Origin: Candidatus Latescibacterota bacterium
GTDB taxonomy: Bacteria; Latescibacterota; UBA2968; GCA-2709665
Direction of reading: 5' to 3'
DNA length: 64,000 nt
Assembly (NCBI GenBank): GCA_965248435.1
Contig: OZ252100.1
Span: 160,001-224,000, forward strand
Each line of letters opens with the position of its first letter. Within the stretch, counting starts at the first letter, position 1. The position numbers were made by a program, and so were the translations under genes. This document shows, piece after piece, positions 54,585 through 64,000 of the stretch. The notes below the pieces were generated by a model, which ran no database searches, had not been told where the DNA came from, and was given only the letters and a program-made list of their open reading frames with translations.

Positions 54585-56729
54585 ATGAGTGAGAAAGTAT
54601 CTCTGGATTTAGAGGGGCGTGAGTTTTCCCTTGAAACGGGACGGGTCGCGAAGCAGGCGCACGGGGCTGTTTGGGTGCGCTATGGTGATACCATCGTGCT
54701 GGTGGCCACCGTTGCAGATACGAGAGAAGCAACAACCGACTTTTTCCCTCTCATGGTGGATTACCGTGAGCGGTTCTACGCGGGTGGTCGGATTCCTGGA
54801 AACTTTTTCAAACGGGAGGCTGCGCCCTCGACGACCGAGAAGCTGAACGCCAGGTTAATCGACCACCAGATCCGTCCACTTTTTCCAAAGTCATTTCGAT
54901 ACGAGACCCAGGTGCTGGTCTCCGTGCTCTCGTTTGACCAGGAAAACGATCCGGCCATTTTGGCCATGGCCGGGGCCTCAGCCGCTCTGGGGATCTCCGA
55001 CATTCCGTTTGATGGACCGATCGGGGCGGTTCACGTGGGGCGTGTGGATGGAGCCTACATCGTGAACCCCACGTATGCCCAGGTGGAAGAGAGCGACATG
55101 AATGTGATCGTCTCCGGCAGTCGCGAATCGGTTATCTCCGTGGAGGGACAGATCAGCGAAATGCCGGAGGACGAAGTCCTCGAAGGTCTCAAAGTGGCCC
55201 ACAAGGGGATCGTGCGGCTCATCGATCTTCAGGAAGACTTGATCGCCCGGTGCGGCAAGCAGAAGCGGGAAGTCATCGAACCCGAAGTTGACGAGGCGCT
55301 CGTCTCTGCCGTTCGGGAATTGTCAGAGGAGAAGGTCAAGTCGGCCAACCGGTTGCCGGCCAAGGAAAATCGGGAGGGCGTGCTGAGTCAATTGAGAACA
55401 GAGGTGCAGGAGGCGCTTGCGGAGCAATTCCCGGAATCAGAAGGGGCAGTATCCGACGAGTTGGGGGCCATTGAAAAGGCCGACATGCGGGAGATGATCC
55501 TGAACGAGAACCGCCGGATAGACGGTCGAGGATTGGACGAGGTGCGTCCAATCACGATCGAATTGGGCTCCCTTACCCGGGCGCACGGCTCTGCAATTTT
55601 TACGCGCGGTCAGACGCAGGCGCTGTGCGTGGCCACCTTAGGCAGCAAACTCGACACCAGGATGGTCGACGACCTGGAAGGTAAATCCTTCAAGTCGTTC
55701 ATGCTTGATTACAACTTTCCGTCCTACAGCGTAGGAGAAACCCGGCGGATCGGTCCTCCGGGACGGCGCGAAATCGGACATGGTGCCCTGGCCGAAAAGG
55801 CACTGGATCCTGTCATTCCCACAGAGGACCATTTTCCCTATACCATTCGGATGGTCTCTGAGATTCTGGAGTCTAACAGCTCGTCATCCATGGCCACAGT
55901 CTGCGGAGCGACCCTGGCCTTGATGGACGCCGGCGTTCCAATAAAGACCCCTGTCGCCGGGGCCGGCGTTGGGCTGGTCATAGAAGACGGTAAATGGGTC
56001 GTACTGACGGATATCCTGGGCGCAGAGGATCATCTGGGAGATATGGACCTGAAGATCACGGGCACCAAGGATGGGATGACCGCCATCCAGCTCGATATCA
56101 AGATCGCCGGTATTCCCTTCGAGATTATGCAGGAGGCGTTCAAGCGGGCTCGCCAGGCCCTGGATCACGTCCTCGGGGTCATGAACGATGCGATCTCCGA
56201 GCCTCGCGTTGAGCTCTCCCAGTATGCACCCAGAATCCTTTCGATCCGGATCGACCCCTCGAAAATCGGGCTTGTAATCGGTCCGGGCGGCAAGACGATC
56301 CGAAGCATCGAGGAGAATGGTGCGACCGTTGCAGTCGAGGATGACGGAATGATTACGGTGAGCTCGACAAAGCCTGAGGCCGGCGAGGCGGCCCTGGCGA
56401 TGATCAGTGCCTTGGTAGAAGACGCTGAAGTCGGCCGCGTCTACGAAGGGACGGTCAAGCGCCTAATGGATTTCGGGGCGTTTATTGAGATCCTGCCCGG
56501 GAAGGAAGGCCTTTGCCATATTTCGGAACTCGAGTACAGCCGTGTCCGTAAGGTGGAAGATGTCCTGGAAGAAGGGGATAAGACGAAGGTGAAGGTGATC
56601 GGAGTCGATGATCAGGGCAAGATTCGCCTCAGCCGAAAGGCGACGATGGAACCGCCAGCCGGGTATGATCCCAAGGCGGAGGAAAGACGACCGAGGCCCG
56701 ACAGGGGTCGAAGGCCCACAAGAAGGTAA
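54585..56729 (+). CDS. pnp: Polyribonucleotide nucleotidyltransferase
   Basis: FFPLMVDY, RIDGR, RREIGHG, EDHLGDMD, KH (IGPGGKTI) and S1 domains. Confidence 0.97.
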   Translation: MSEKVSLDLEGREFSLETGRVAKQAHGAVWVRYGDTIVLVATVADTREATTDFFPLMVDYRERFYAGGRIPGNFFKREAAPSTTEKLNARLIDHQIRPLFPKSFRYETQVLVSVLSFDQENDPAILAMAGASAALGISDIPFDGPIGAVHVGRVDGAYIVNPTYAQVEESDMNVIVSGSRESVISVEGQISEMPEDEVLEGLKVAHKGIVRLIDLQEDLIARCGKQKREVIEPEVDEALVSAVRELSEEKVKSANRLPAKENREGVLSQLRTEVQEALAEQFPESEGAVSDELGAIEKADMREMILNENRRIDGRGLDEVRPITIELGSLTRAHGSAIFTRGQTQALCVATLGSKLDTRMVDDLEGKSFKSFMLDYNFPSYSVGETRRIGPPGRREIGHGALAEKALDPVIPTEDHFPYTIRMVSEILESNSSSSMATVCGATLALMDAGVPIKTPVAGAGVGLVIEDGKWVVLTDILGAEDHLGDMDLKITGTKDGMTAIQLDIKIAGIPFEIMQEAFKRARQALDHVLGVMNDAISEPRVELSQYAPRILSIRIDPSKIGLVIGPGGKTIRSIEENGATVAVEDDGMITVSSTKPEAGEAALAMISALVEDAEVGRVYEGTVKRLMDFGAFIEILPGKEGLCHISELEYSRVRKVEDVLEEGDKTKVKVIGVDDQGKIRLSRKATMEPPAGYDPKAEERRPRPDRGRRPTRR

Positions 56730-56826
56730 ACTTCATCTTTCGGATTGACAAAGCGAGAAGGCGATCGGAAACTTTCCTGGTCGTCTTTTTCGATTTAGGT
56801 CCTTTGAGCGTGTGGGGGCAGGTTTC

Positions 56827-58062
56827 ATGATGCCGAACGGTGATTTTCGAAAGACACGACTCGAGAATGGCATGCGAGTAGTGACCGAACACGTCCCGCA
56901 CGTTCGGTCCGTCTCTTTGGGCATATGGGTTCGTGTCGGATCACGGGACGAACGAACTGACGAGCACGGTATTTCTCACTTCCTAGAGCACATGGTCTTC
57001 AAAGGCACCCATAAGCGAGATGCATTCGAGATCGTCTACAGTCTGGAGTCTCTTGGCGGCAGCATCGATGCCTTCTCTTACCGGGATTCAACCTGTTTCT
57101 ATGCTAGATGCCTGGATGAACACTTCGAGGAGGCCCTGGACGTCCTGGGAGACATCCTTCAGAATGCTCAGCTAGACCCAAAGGAAATAGAGAAGGAGAA
57201 GCGCGTTGTTCTGGAAGAGATCCAAAGCGTGGAAGACACACCCGAAGACCTTGTGCACGACTTGTTTGCGAAGTCGGTCTGGGGGCGCCATCCCGTGGGG
57301 GAACCGATTCTGGGCACGAGAGAGTCCGTATCCGCCTTCACTCCCGAGTTGTTGCGCGATTTTATGCATAGACACTATCAACCCGGCCGCATGATCTTTT
57401 GTGCGGCCGGGAATCTGGATCACGATCGATTTGTCGACAAGCTCTCGGAAATCTTCGGGACAGCAGTCCCCGATTTCTCGACCCTTGAACGCGCGCGCCC
57501 AGAGCTTGCTCACGGACACGAACAGCACCATTCGCGTGACATCGGACAGACTCACATCTGTCTTGGTGCGGTCGGCTACGCCTACACGCATCCCCGGACC
57601 CACGAACTCCTCGTGGCCAATACAGCGCTCGGAGGGGGGATGAGTTCGCGACTGTTTCAGGAGATCCGAGAACGGCTGGGACTGGCCTACGCAGTCTACT
57701 CCTACCTCGAGATGCTGGAAGACACGGGCCTGTTCGGAACCTATATTGCCTGCGATCAGGCACGTGTGGAACAGGTCGTTGAAATCGTCCGGGCCGAACT
57801 CGATCGGTTCAGGACGGAAGGCATTTCCGAGAAGGAACTCGAAAGCTCGAAGGCACAGCTCCGTGGGGAGCTCATTTTGGGGTTTGAAAGCATGGACAGG
57901 CGAATGAGCAGAATGGCCAGAGACGAGCTCTATGAGGGAAAATTGCGGACCGCCGAGGAGGTCCTGGCTAGAATCGACGGGGTGAGCCAGGAAAGCATGG
58001 TTAAAGCTTGCAAGGAGCTGGCGGAGGAAGAACACCTTCACTTGGTCACCGTAGGCCCTTAG
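56827..58062 (+). CDS. M16 family zinc metallopeptidase
   Basis: GSRDE, HFLEH (HxxEH), GGGMSSRLFQEIRE; typical position after pnp. Confidence 0.93.
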   Translation: MMPNGDFRKTRLENGMRVVTEHVPHVRSVSLGIWVRVGSRDERTDEHGISHFLEHMVFKGTHKRDAFEIVYSLESLGGSIDAFSYRDSTCFYARCLDEHFEEALDVLGDILQNAQLDPKEIEKEKRVVLEEIQSVEDTPEDLVHDLFAKSVWGRHPVGEPILGTRESVSAFTPELLRDFMHRHYQPGRMIFCAAGNLDHDRFVDKLSEIFGTAVPDFSTLERARPELAHGHEQHHSRDIGQTHICLGAVGYAYTHPRTHELLVANTALGGGMSSRLFQEIRERLGLAYAVYSYLEMLEDTGLFGTYIACDQARVEQVVEIVRAELDRFRTEGISEKELESSKAQLRGELILGFESMDRRMSRMARDELYEGKLRTAEEVLARIDGVSQESMVKACKELAEEEHLHLVTVGP

Positions 58063-58089
58063 TCTGGCACGACGTTCGGGAGAATTTGC

Positions 58090-59208
58090 GTGATCGTAAG
58101 CGTCGTCAAAGAGAACAAGGTCGACGAAAACAGGGTCGGGCTGCTACCGGTTGGTGTGGAAGCGCTTGTTGAGAACGGGCACCGTGTCCTGGTCCAGTCA
58201 GGCGCGGGGGTCGCTAGTGGCTTCCTGGACTCGGATTACAAGGACGCGGGAGCGGAAATCTCCGAAGACCTGAAAGAGATCTACGGGCTGGCAGAACTCG
58301 TCGTCAGGGTAAAAGAACCACAGAAGAAAGATATATCGTTGCTCAGGCCCGGCCAGATGGTCTTCTGCTATTTTCATTTCGCTGCGAGCCGTGAACTCAC
58401 CCTCGCGGTTCAGGATTCGGGGATCGTGGCGCTCGCCTACGAGACCGTAGAGTTGCCCAATGGTGAACTTCCCCTGCTCGTGCCCATGAGCGAGGTGGCG
58501 GGACGCATGGCGCTGCAGGAGGGGGCCAAATATCTGGAAAGCCCTCAGGGCGGGCGCGGGATACTCCTTGCGGGCGTCCCCGGCGTTGCGCCTGCCGACG
58601 TCGTGATCCTCGGAGGTGGGGTCGTCGGGGCCAACGCAGCGCGCATTGCTGCAGGACTGGGCGCCAATGTCTTCGTCCTGGACATCAATCTGGCGCGCCT
58701 TCGCTATCTGGCGGATGTCATGCCTCCGAATGTCATCACCTTGATGTCGAACCGATACAATTTGAACAAGCTGGTCTCCTCCGCAGACCTTGTGATTGGC
58801 GCGGTCCTCAAAACAGGGGCGAGGGCCCCGCGGCTCGTCACGCGCGAAATGGTTTCGAAGATGAAGGAGGGGGCTGTCATTGTCGACGTATCGGTCGATC
58901 AGGGAGGCTGCGTGGAGACGTGCCGTCCCACGACGCATTCTCAACCCACTTACAAGGTCGGTGAGGTCATCCACTACTGTGTCACCAATATCCCCGGTGC
59001 AGTGCCAAGAACGTCCACTTTTGCCCTCACGAACGCAACACTGCCTTATATTATGGAGATCGCAGATAAGGGGTGGCGAGAAGCGTCGCGCACTTCGACT
59101 GAATTGGCGGCCGGTCTGAACATCGTTGAAGGTCGCGTCACCCACACAGGTGTTGCGGAGGCCTGGGATCTGCCGCTTGAGACGCTTTCGGAGGTCCTCG
59201 GGCACTGA
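58090..59208 (+). CDS. ald: Alanine dehydrogenase
   Basis: ENRVGL, VKEP, PMSEVAGR, GGGVVG, DQGGCVET, HYCVTNIPGAV. Confidence 0.95.
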   Translation: MIVSVVKENKVDENRVGLLPVGVEALVENGHRVLVQSGAGVASGFLDSDYKDAGAEISEDLKEIYGLAELVVRVKEPQKKDISLLRPGQMVFCYFHFAASRELTLAVQDSGIVALAYETVELPNGELPLLVPMSEVAGRMALQEGAKYLESPQGGRGILLAGVPGVAPADVVILGGGVVGANAARIAAGLGANVFVLDINLARLRYLADVMPPNVITLMSNRYNLNKLVSSADLVIGAVLKTGARAPRLVTREMVSKMKEGAVIVDVSVDQGGCVETCRPTTHSQPTYKVGEVIHYCVTNIPGAVPRTSTFALTNATLPYIMEIADKGWREASRTSTELAAGLNIVEGRVTHTGVAEAWDLPLETLSEVLGH

Positions 59209-59249
59209 TCTGACTTGGTCATCTTCAGATTAACTCTGGGAAATAGAGA

Positions 59250-60545
59250 ATGGCAGTTCGAATATCGATTTCAGGTGTTGGCGAACACGAAGGCAAAGAG
59301 GTCGTCCTGGAAGGATGGCTTTACAACAAACGCTCCAGCGGGAAACTTTTCTTTCTTCAAGTACGAGATGGGTCAGGCGTGATTCAATGCGTGGTCTTCA
59401 AGGGTGAAGTAGCCGACGTCGTTTTCGAACGATCCGAGGAGGTCACGCAGGAGTCTTCGCTCCGTGTCCGCGGCGTTGTCCGCGCGGACGAACGGTCTCC
59501 GATCGGGTACGAGATCGGGGTGACGGATCTGGAAATCGTGCAGGTTGCGGAGCCATATCCCATCTCGCCGAAGGAGCACGGCACCGCGTTCTTGATGGAC
59601 AACCGCCACCTCTGGCTCCGGTCTTCCAGGCAGCACGCCATTTTGCGTATTCGGAGCGCCATTGTAAGTGCCTGCCGTGACTATTTCGATAACAACGGTT
59701 TTGTGCTTGTCGACGCGCCGATCCTAACGCCTTCGTCGTGCGAGGGCACGACGACCCTGTTTGAAATCGACTACTTCGATTCCAAGGCTTATCTCACTCA
59801 GAGTGGACAGCTTTACATGGAATCTGCCGCCATGGCTTTCGGGAAGGTTTACTGCTTTGGTCCTACATTCCGCGCCGAGAAGTCGAAGACCCGTCGGCAC
59901 CTGACCGAATTCTGGATGCTGGAGCCCGAGGTGGCGTTCATGGATCTCGCCGGGGACATGGATCTTGCCGAAGACCTCCTCGTTGAAGTTGTCAAGCGGG
60001 TGGTGAAGAAAAACAGGAAGGAGCTGGAATTTCTCGAGCGGGATCTACGGCCTTTGGACCGGGTGGAGAAACCTTTTTCCAGGATCTCGTACGATGAGGC
60101 CGTCGATCTTCTGAAGAGAGAGGGGATGGAACATCAGTGGGGAGACGATTTTGGTGGGGATGAGGAGACCCTCCTGGCCAAGGCGTTCGACCGTCCCGTC
60201 ATTGTCCATAGATTTCCTGCTTCCTGCAAAGCCTTTTACATGAAACAGGATCCTGAAGATGCCCGACTGGCACTCTGTATGGACGTACTGGCTCCGGAAG
60301 GTTACGGCGAGCTCGTGGGGGGGGGCCAGCGAGAGGACGATCCAACATTACTTCAGGAGAAGATCGCTGAACACGGCCTGGATGAAGACCCTCTGCGCTG
60401 GTATGTGGACCTCAGGCAGTACGGCTCGGTTCCGCACGCCGGCTTTGGATTGGGTATAGAGCGGACGGTCGCGTGGATCTGCGGACTGCCCCACGTTCGA
60501 GAAACCATCCCTTTTCCGCGGATGCTGCAGCGGTTGTATCCATAA
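59250..60545 (+). CDS. asnS: Asparagine-tRNA ligase
   Basis: OB fold [48 protein letters not shown]. Confidence 0.95.
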   Translation: MAVRISISGVGEHEGKEVVLEGWLYNKRSSGKLFFLQVRDGSGVIQCVVFKGEVADVVFERSEEVTQESSLRVRGVVRADERSPIGYEIGVTDLEIVQVAEPYPISPKEHGTAFLMDNRHLWLRSSRQHAILRIRSAIVSACRDYFDNNGFVLVDAPILTPSSCEGTTTLFEIDYFDSKAYLTQSGQLYMESAAMAFGKVYCFGPTFRAEKSKTRRHLTEFWMLEPEVAFMDLAGDMDLAEDLLVEVVKRVVKKNRKELEFLERDLRPLDRVEKPFSRISYDEAVDLLKREGMEHQWGDDFGGDEETLLAKAFDRPVIVHRFPASCKAFYMKQDPEDARLALCMDVLAPEGYGELVGGGQREDDPTLLQEKIAEHGLDEDPLRWYVDLRQYGSVPHAGFGLGIERTVAWICGLPHVRETIPFPRMLQRLYP

Positions 60546-60600
60546 GACACAATGGTTTGGCTTTTGGCGGGACCCCGTAGAAGGCCAGGAGAAAGATCGT

Positions 60601-63489
60601 ATGGAGCAAGGGGAGTATAACTTCCAGCAGATCGAAAAACGGTGGCGAGAACACTGGCTGAAGGAAAAGACTTTTCGCACTCCCGAGCCAGGCGATCCGG
60701 ATTTCGATCCTGAAAGGCCCAAGTTTTACGTGCTGGACATGTTTCCATATACGAGCGGGTCCGGTCTACACATCGGGCACCCCAAAGGATACATTGCTAC
60801 GGATATCTACAGCCGTTTTAAGCGGATGCACGGCTACAACGTCTTGCATCCAATGGGCTTTGACAGCTTTGGACTTCCGGCGGAGCAGTACGCCATCCGG
60901 CACAACGTGCACCCTGCCGTAATTACGGAAGAAAGCATCAAGACGATGCGCCAACAGTTCGAGTTCCTGGGGATGTGTTATGACTGGGGTCGTGAACTCG
61001 CAACGTCCAGGGCGGATTACTATCAATGGACGCAATGGATATTCCTGCAATTGTTTGACAGCTGGTTCGATCCCGTAAGGGAGTGGGTCGATGCGGCAGG
61101 ACGGGAAGTAAAAGGAAAAGCTGTTTCCATTTCAGAGCTTACTGCTCAGTTCGAATCCGGAAAACGCACTTTAAGCGAAGAAGAAGCGACCGCCGCCAAT
61201 GCAGGCCAATACACCGAATGGAAGGAATTGGCCTCTGAGCAGAAGCAAGCTGTCCTGAACTGTCACCGACTTGCATACCAGAAAGAGGCCGTCGTTAATT
61301 GGTGTCCAGGACTAGGCACGGTCCTTGCCAACGAGGAAGTTACCAGTGAGGGATTGAGTGAATTAGGTGATTTCCCTGTCTATCAGCGACCCCTCAGGCA
61401 GTGGATCATGAGAATTACAGTTTTCGCAGACCGATTGTTGGAGGACCTGGATGCACCAAGCCTTCCTGACGGCAGGGGAGCCACCTATTCCCTGGACTGG
61501 CCCGAAGCAGTAAAACTAATGCAGCGGAACTGGATCGGGAGGAGCGAAGGGGCTGACGTGACTTTCGAAGTCCTAAAACCCGGTACGGAAACGGTGGCGA
61601 GTTCATTGAACGTATTTACGACGCGTCCCGATACATTGTTCGGCGCGACCTTTATGGTAGTCGCTCCTCAACATCCACTCGTAGATCCAAAGTCGTCGGA
61701 AAGTCTCGTACCCGAGGATTGGTCTGATGAGGTTCCTCAATCGTGGAAGGGGCCGGAGCCCAGTATGAACATTCGGGATGCCATCTCCGCTTACATCAGG
61801 GTCGCAGAGGCGCAGGCGACCAACCGCGACGAGGAAAAAGGGAAGACGGGTCTATTTGTGGGGATTTACGCAAGAAATCCGGTGAGCGGCAGGAAGCTGC
61901 CCGTTTTTGTGTCAGATTACGTCAGTATGGAATACGGCTCAGGGGCCATTATGGCCGTGCCGGCGCACGACGCAAGAGACTTTGAGTTTGCGACCCAATA
62001 TGGACTCGAAATTGTGCAGGTGGTCGAGCCCCCCGGGGATCAGCAAGAACAATGTTTCACAGGGGACGGATCAAGTATCCACTCTCCTCTCGATGACGAC
62101 GGGGCAAACCCGTTTTCCATCAACGGACTCGTGACTTCCCAGGCCAAACGGACGATTACCGAAGCGTTGGAAAAAACGGGACGAGGAAAATCTTCGGTGA
62201 ATTACCGGTTGAGAGACTGGATTTTTTCTCGACAGCGCTACTGGGGAGAGCCCTTTCCTTTGGCTTCATCTGCTGAAGGCGAAGTTATTCCGGTTTCACC
62301 TCCTGTGTTACTTCCGGAGCTGGAGGACTTCAAACCCGAAACATCAGACGATCCGCATGCCCCGATCAAGCTGCCCTTGGCTCGAGCTGACGATAGTTGG
62401 CGAAGGGTCAAGATCGACGGCAAAGAGTACGAGCGGGAGACGAATGTGATGCCCCAATGGGCTGGGTCATGCTGGTATTATCTGAGGTTTATCGACCCAA
62501 ACAACTCCGAAGCTTTTTGCGATACCGAGAAAGAGAAACACTTCATGCCGGTGGATCTCTACGTTGGAGGAGCAGAACACGCGGTTTTGCATCTTCTCTA
62601 TTCTCGGTTCTGGCATAAGGCGCTCTATGATCTGGACCACGTTTCATCTCCAGAGCCCTTCAAGCGTTTATTCAATCAGGGGATGATTACCGCCGATGCG
62701 TTCACGGACGATCGTGGTGCGTACGTCGATATTAGGGAAGTCGAGATCCGAGACGGTGAGGGCTACCACAAGGAGACAGGGGGAAAATTACAGAAGTTCT
62801 CGGGAAAGATGGGTAAGCGGTTTAAGAACGGACTCCCTCCCGAGGAAGTCGGGGAGGAGTTTGGTGTCGATTCTCTCCGTCTGTATGAGTCTTACATGGG
62901 TCCACTGAACGCCAGCACGCCGTGGAGCATGAACGGAATTCGCGGAATGCAGCGGTTCTTGCAGAGAGTCTGGCGGAACTTCATCACACCGGAGCGAAGT
63001 GCAAACATCGAGGGCGAACTGACTTCGGAACTTGAAAGGCTGATGCACAAGACGATCATCCGCGTTTCAGAGGATATCGAAGCGCTCCGTCTAAATACTG
63101 CGATCGCAGCATTAATCGAGTTGAACAATCGACTTGTAGGCCTCGGATCCGTCCCGGAGCCCCTCGCTCGCACGTTCCTTCTGTTGCTTTCACCCTTCGC
63201 GCCCCACTTGGCTGAAGAGGTGTGGAAAATTGCAGGGTTCGGCGATAATGGAATAGCAGGAGAGGACTGGCCGATAGGGGATGAAGGGCTTGCTGCGGAG
63301 GAGACGATCGAAATCCCTGTCCAGATCAACGGCAAGGTTCGTGCACGATTCGAGGTAGAAGTGGACGGCCCACAGGAGACCGTTGAACGGCTTGCCCTGG
63401 AGCAGGCGAATGTCCAGGCTCACCTGAAGGGGCAGGCACCCAGGAAGATCATTGTCATCCCGAATCGGCTGGTTAACATTGTGGTATAG
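60601..63489 (+). CDS. leuS: Leucine-tRNA ligase
   Basis: DMFPY, HIGH, FTTRPDTLFG, SRQRYWGEP, GGAEHA, KMGKR, VQINGKVR. Confidence 0.96.
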   Translation: MEQGEYNFQQIEKRWREHWLKEKTFRTPEPGDPDFDPERPKFYVLDMFPYTSGSGLHIGHPKGYIATDIYSRFKRMHGYNVLHPMGFDSFGLPAEQYAIRHNVHPAVITEESIKTMRQQFEFLGMCYDWGRELATSRADYYQWTQWIFLQLFDSWFDPVREWVDAAGREVKGKAVSISELTAQFESGKRTLSEEEATAANAGQYTEWKELASEQKQAVLNCHRLAYQKEAVVNWCPGLGTVLANEEVTSEGLSELGDFPVYQRPLRQWIMRITVFADRLLEDLDAPSLPDGRGATYSLDWPEAVKLMQRNWIGRSEGADVTFEVLKPGTETVASSLNVFTTRPDTLFGATFMVVAPQHPLVDPKSSESLVPEDWSDEVPQSWKGPEPSMNIRDAISAYIRVAEAQATNRDEEKGKTGLFVGIYARNPVSGRKLPVFVSDYVSMEYGSGAIMAVPAHDARDFEFATQYGLEIVQVVEPPGDQQEQCFTGDGSSIHSPLDDDGANPFSINGLVTSQAKRTITEALEKTGRGKSSVNYRLRDWIFSRQRYWGEPFPLASSAEGEVIPVSPPVLLPELEDFKPETSDDPHAPIKLPLARADDSWRRVKIDGKEYERETNVMPQWAGSCWYYLRFIDPNNSEAFCDTEKEKHFMPVDLYVGGAEHAVLHLLYSRFWHKALYDLDHVSSPEPFKRLFNQGMITADAFTDDRGAYVDIREVEIRDGEGYHKETGGKLQKFSGKMGKRFKNGLPPEEVGEEFGVDSLRLYESYMGPLNASTPWSMNGIRGMQRFLQRVWRNFITPERSANIEGELTSELERLMHKTIIRVSEDIEALRLNTAIAALIELNNRLVGLGSVPEPLARTFLLLLSPFAPHLAEEVWKIAGFGDNGIAGEDWPIGDEGLAAEETIEIPVQINGKVRARFEVEVDGPQETVERLALEQANVQAHLKGQAPRKIIVIPNRLVNIVV

Positions 63490-63528
63490 AAAAAACTGTA
63501 TCTTGTTGTTCGAGACACCGAGAAACTA

Positions 63529-63566
63529 AAAAACAGGGAGCCGAGGTTGAAAGGCTCCCTGTTTTT
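63529..63566. terminator. Bidirectional terminator between leuS and gcvT
   Basis: AAAAACAGGGAGCC...GGCTCCCTGTTTTT. Confidence 0.85.
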
Positions 63567-63596
63567 CGTTCTGTAGGACATCGATGCGGCAGATGA

Positions 63597-64000
63597 TTAC
63601 CGTTTGGGGCGCTTGTAGAAGGGCCTCCGCACCACCAGGGCCTCGCAAGGGCGATCCCGAATCAAGACGCGAAGGGACTGACTGACTTTCGTATACTGGG
63701 GAGAGACATAGGCCATTGCGATCCCTTTGTTGAGCCACGGCCCAAATGTTCCGCTGGTCACACGACCGATCGACTCACCCGAGTCGGTTTGCACTTCGTA
63801 ATCCTGTCGCGGAATTCCCCGCTCGCGCATCTCCAGCATAACCAATTTCCTCCGAAGGCCCTCGTCACGCTGCCTGCGCATCACATCGGATCCTATATAA
63901 CCATCCGACTTCGCCACAAACACTCCAAGCCCTGCCTCGAGTGGGGAAGTATCCTCATCCAGCTCGTGACCATAAAGCGCGAGTGAGGCCTCCAGCCTGA
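63597..64000 (-). CDS. gcvT: Glycine cleavage system aminomethyltransferase T, 5' partial
   Basis: Frame is open to the window end: RLEASLALYGHEL..TSPLEAGL, GRVTSGTFGP, IAMAYV, PFY. Confidence 0.9.
   Translation of the reverse strand, partial: RLEASLALYGHELDEDTSPLEAGLGVFVAKSDGYIGSDVMRRQRDEGLRRKLVMLEMRERGIPRQDYEVQTDSGESIGRVTSGTFGPWLNKGIAMAYVSPQYTKVSQSLRVLIRDRPCEALVVRRPFYKRPKR

Noticed and set aside
1-64000. CRISPR array, rRNA, transposase, integrase or prophage
   Set aside because: No regularly spaced repeats, rRNA signatures, DDE or tyrosine-recombinase motifs, or phage gene modules were recognised.

Overview
A GC-rich, gene-dense bacterial chromosome segment. Gene content (several REC-HDOD proteins, an FG-GAP protein, a PhyH dioxygenase, a heparinase II/III-like lyase, XDH-family paralogs) suggests a diderm environmental lineage such as Latescibacterota; this is a tentative inference. 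The left part holds two paralogous xanthine-dehydrogenase-family Mo subunits with FAD, 2Fe-2S and MoaD partners, an ABC-2 exporter, ychF, a REC-HDOD pair, folE and an rtcB-COG0523-archease-mobA operon. The middle holds a TMTC-like TPR glycosyltransferase, yitJ, udg-glmS-GlmU-like, a lyase/aminotransferase/REC-HDOD cluster, mutL-miaA and tRNA-Gly(CCC). The tRNA is the insertion site of a 3.2 kb integrase-less element that keeps its att core duplication and paired arm-type repeats and carries one FG-GAP gene; next to it lies a signal-peptide-bearing, tail-tube-like protein gene. The right part is core: der, merR, phyH-rimP-nusA-infB-DUF503-rbfA-truB-ribF-rpsO-pnp, an M16 peptidase, ald, asnS, leuS and a partial gcvT. 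No CRISPR array, rRNA, transposase or integrase was seen. All family calls come from motif recognition by eye, not database searches.
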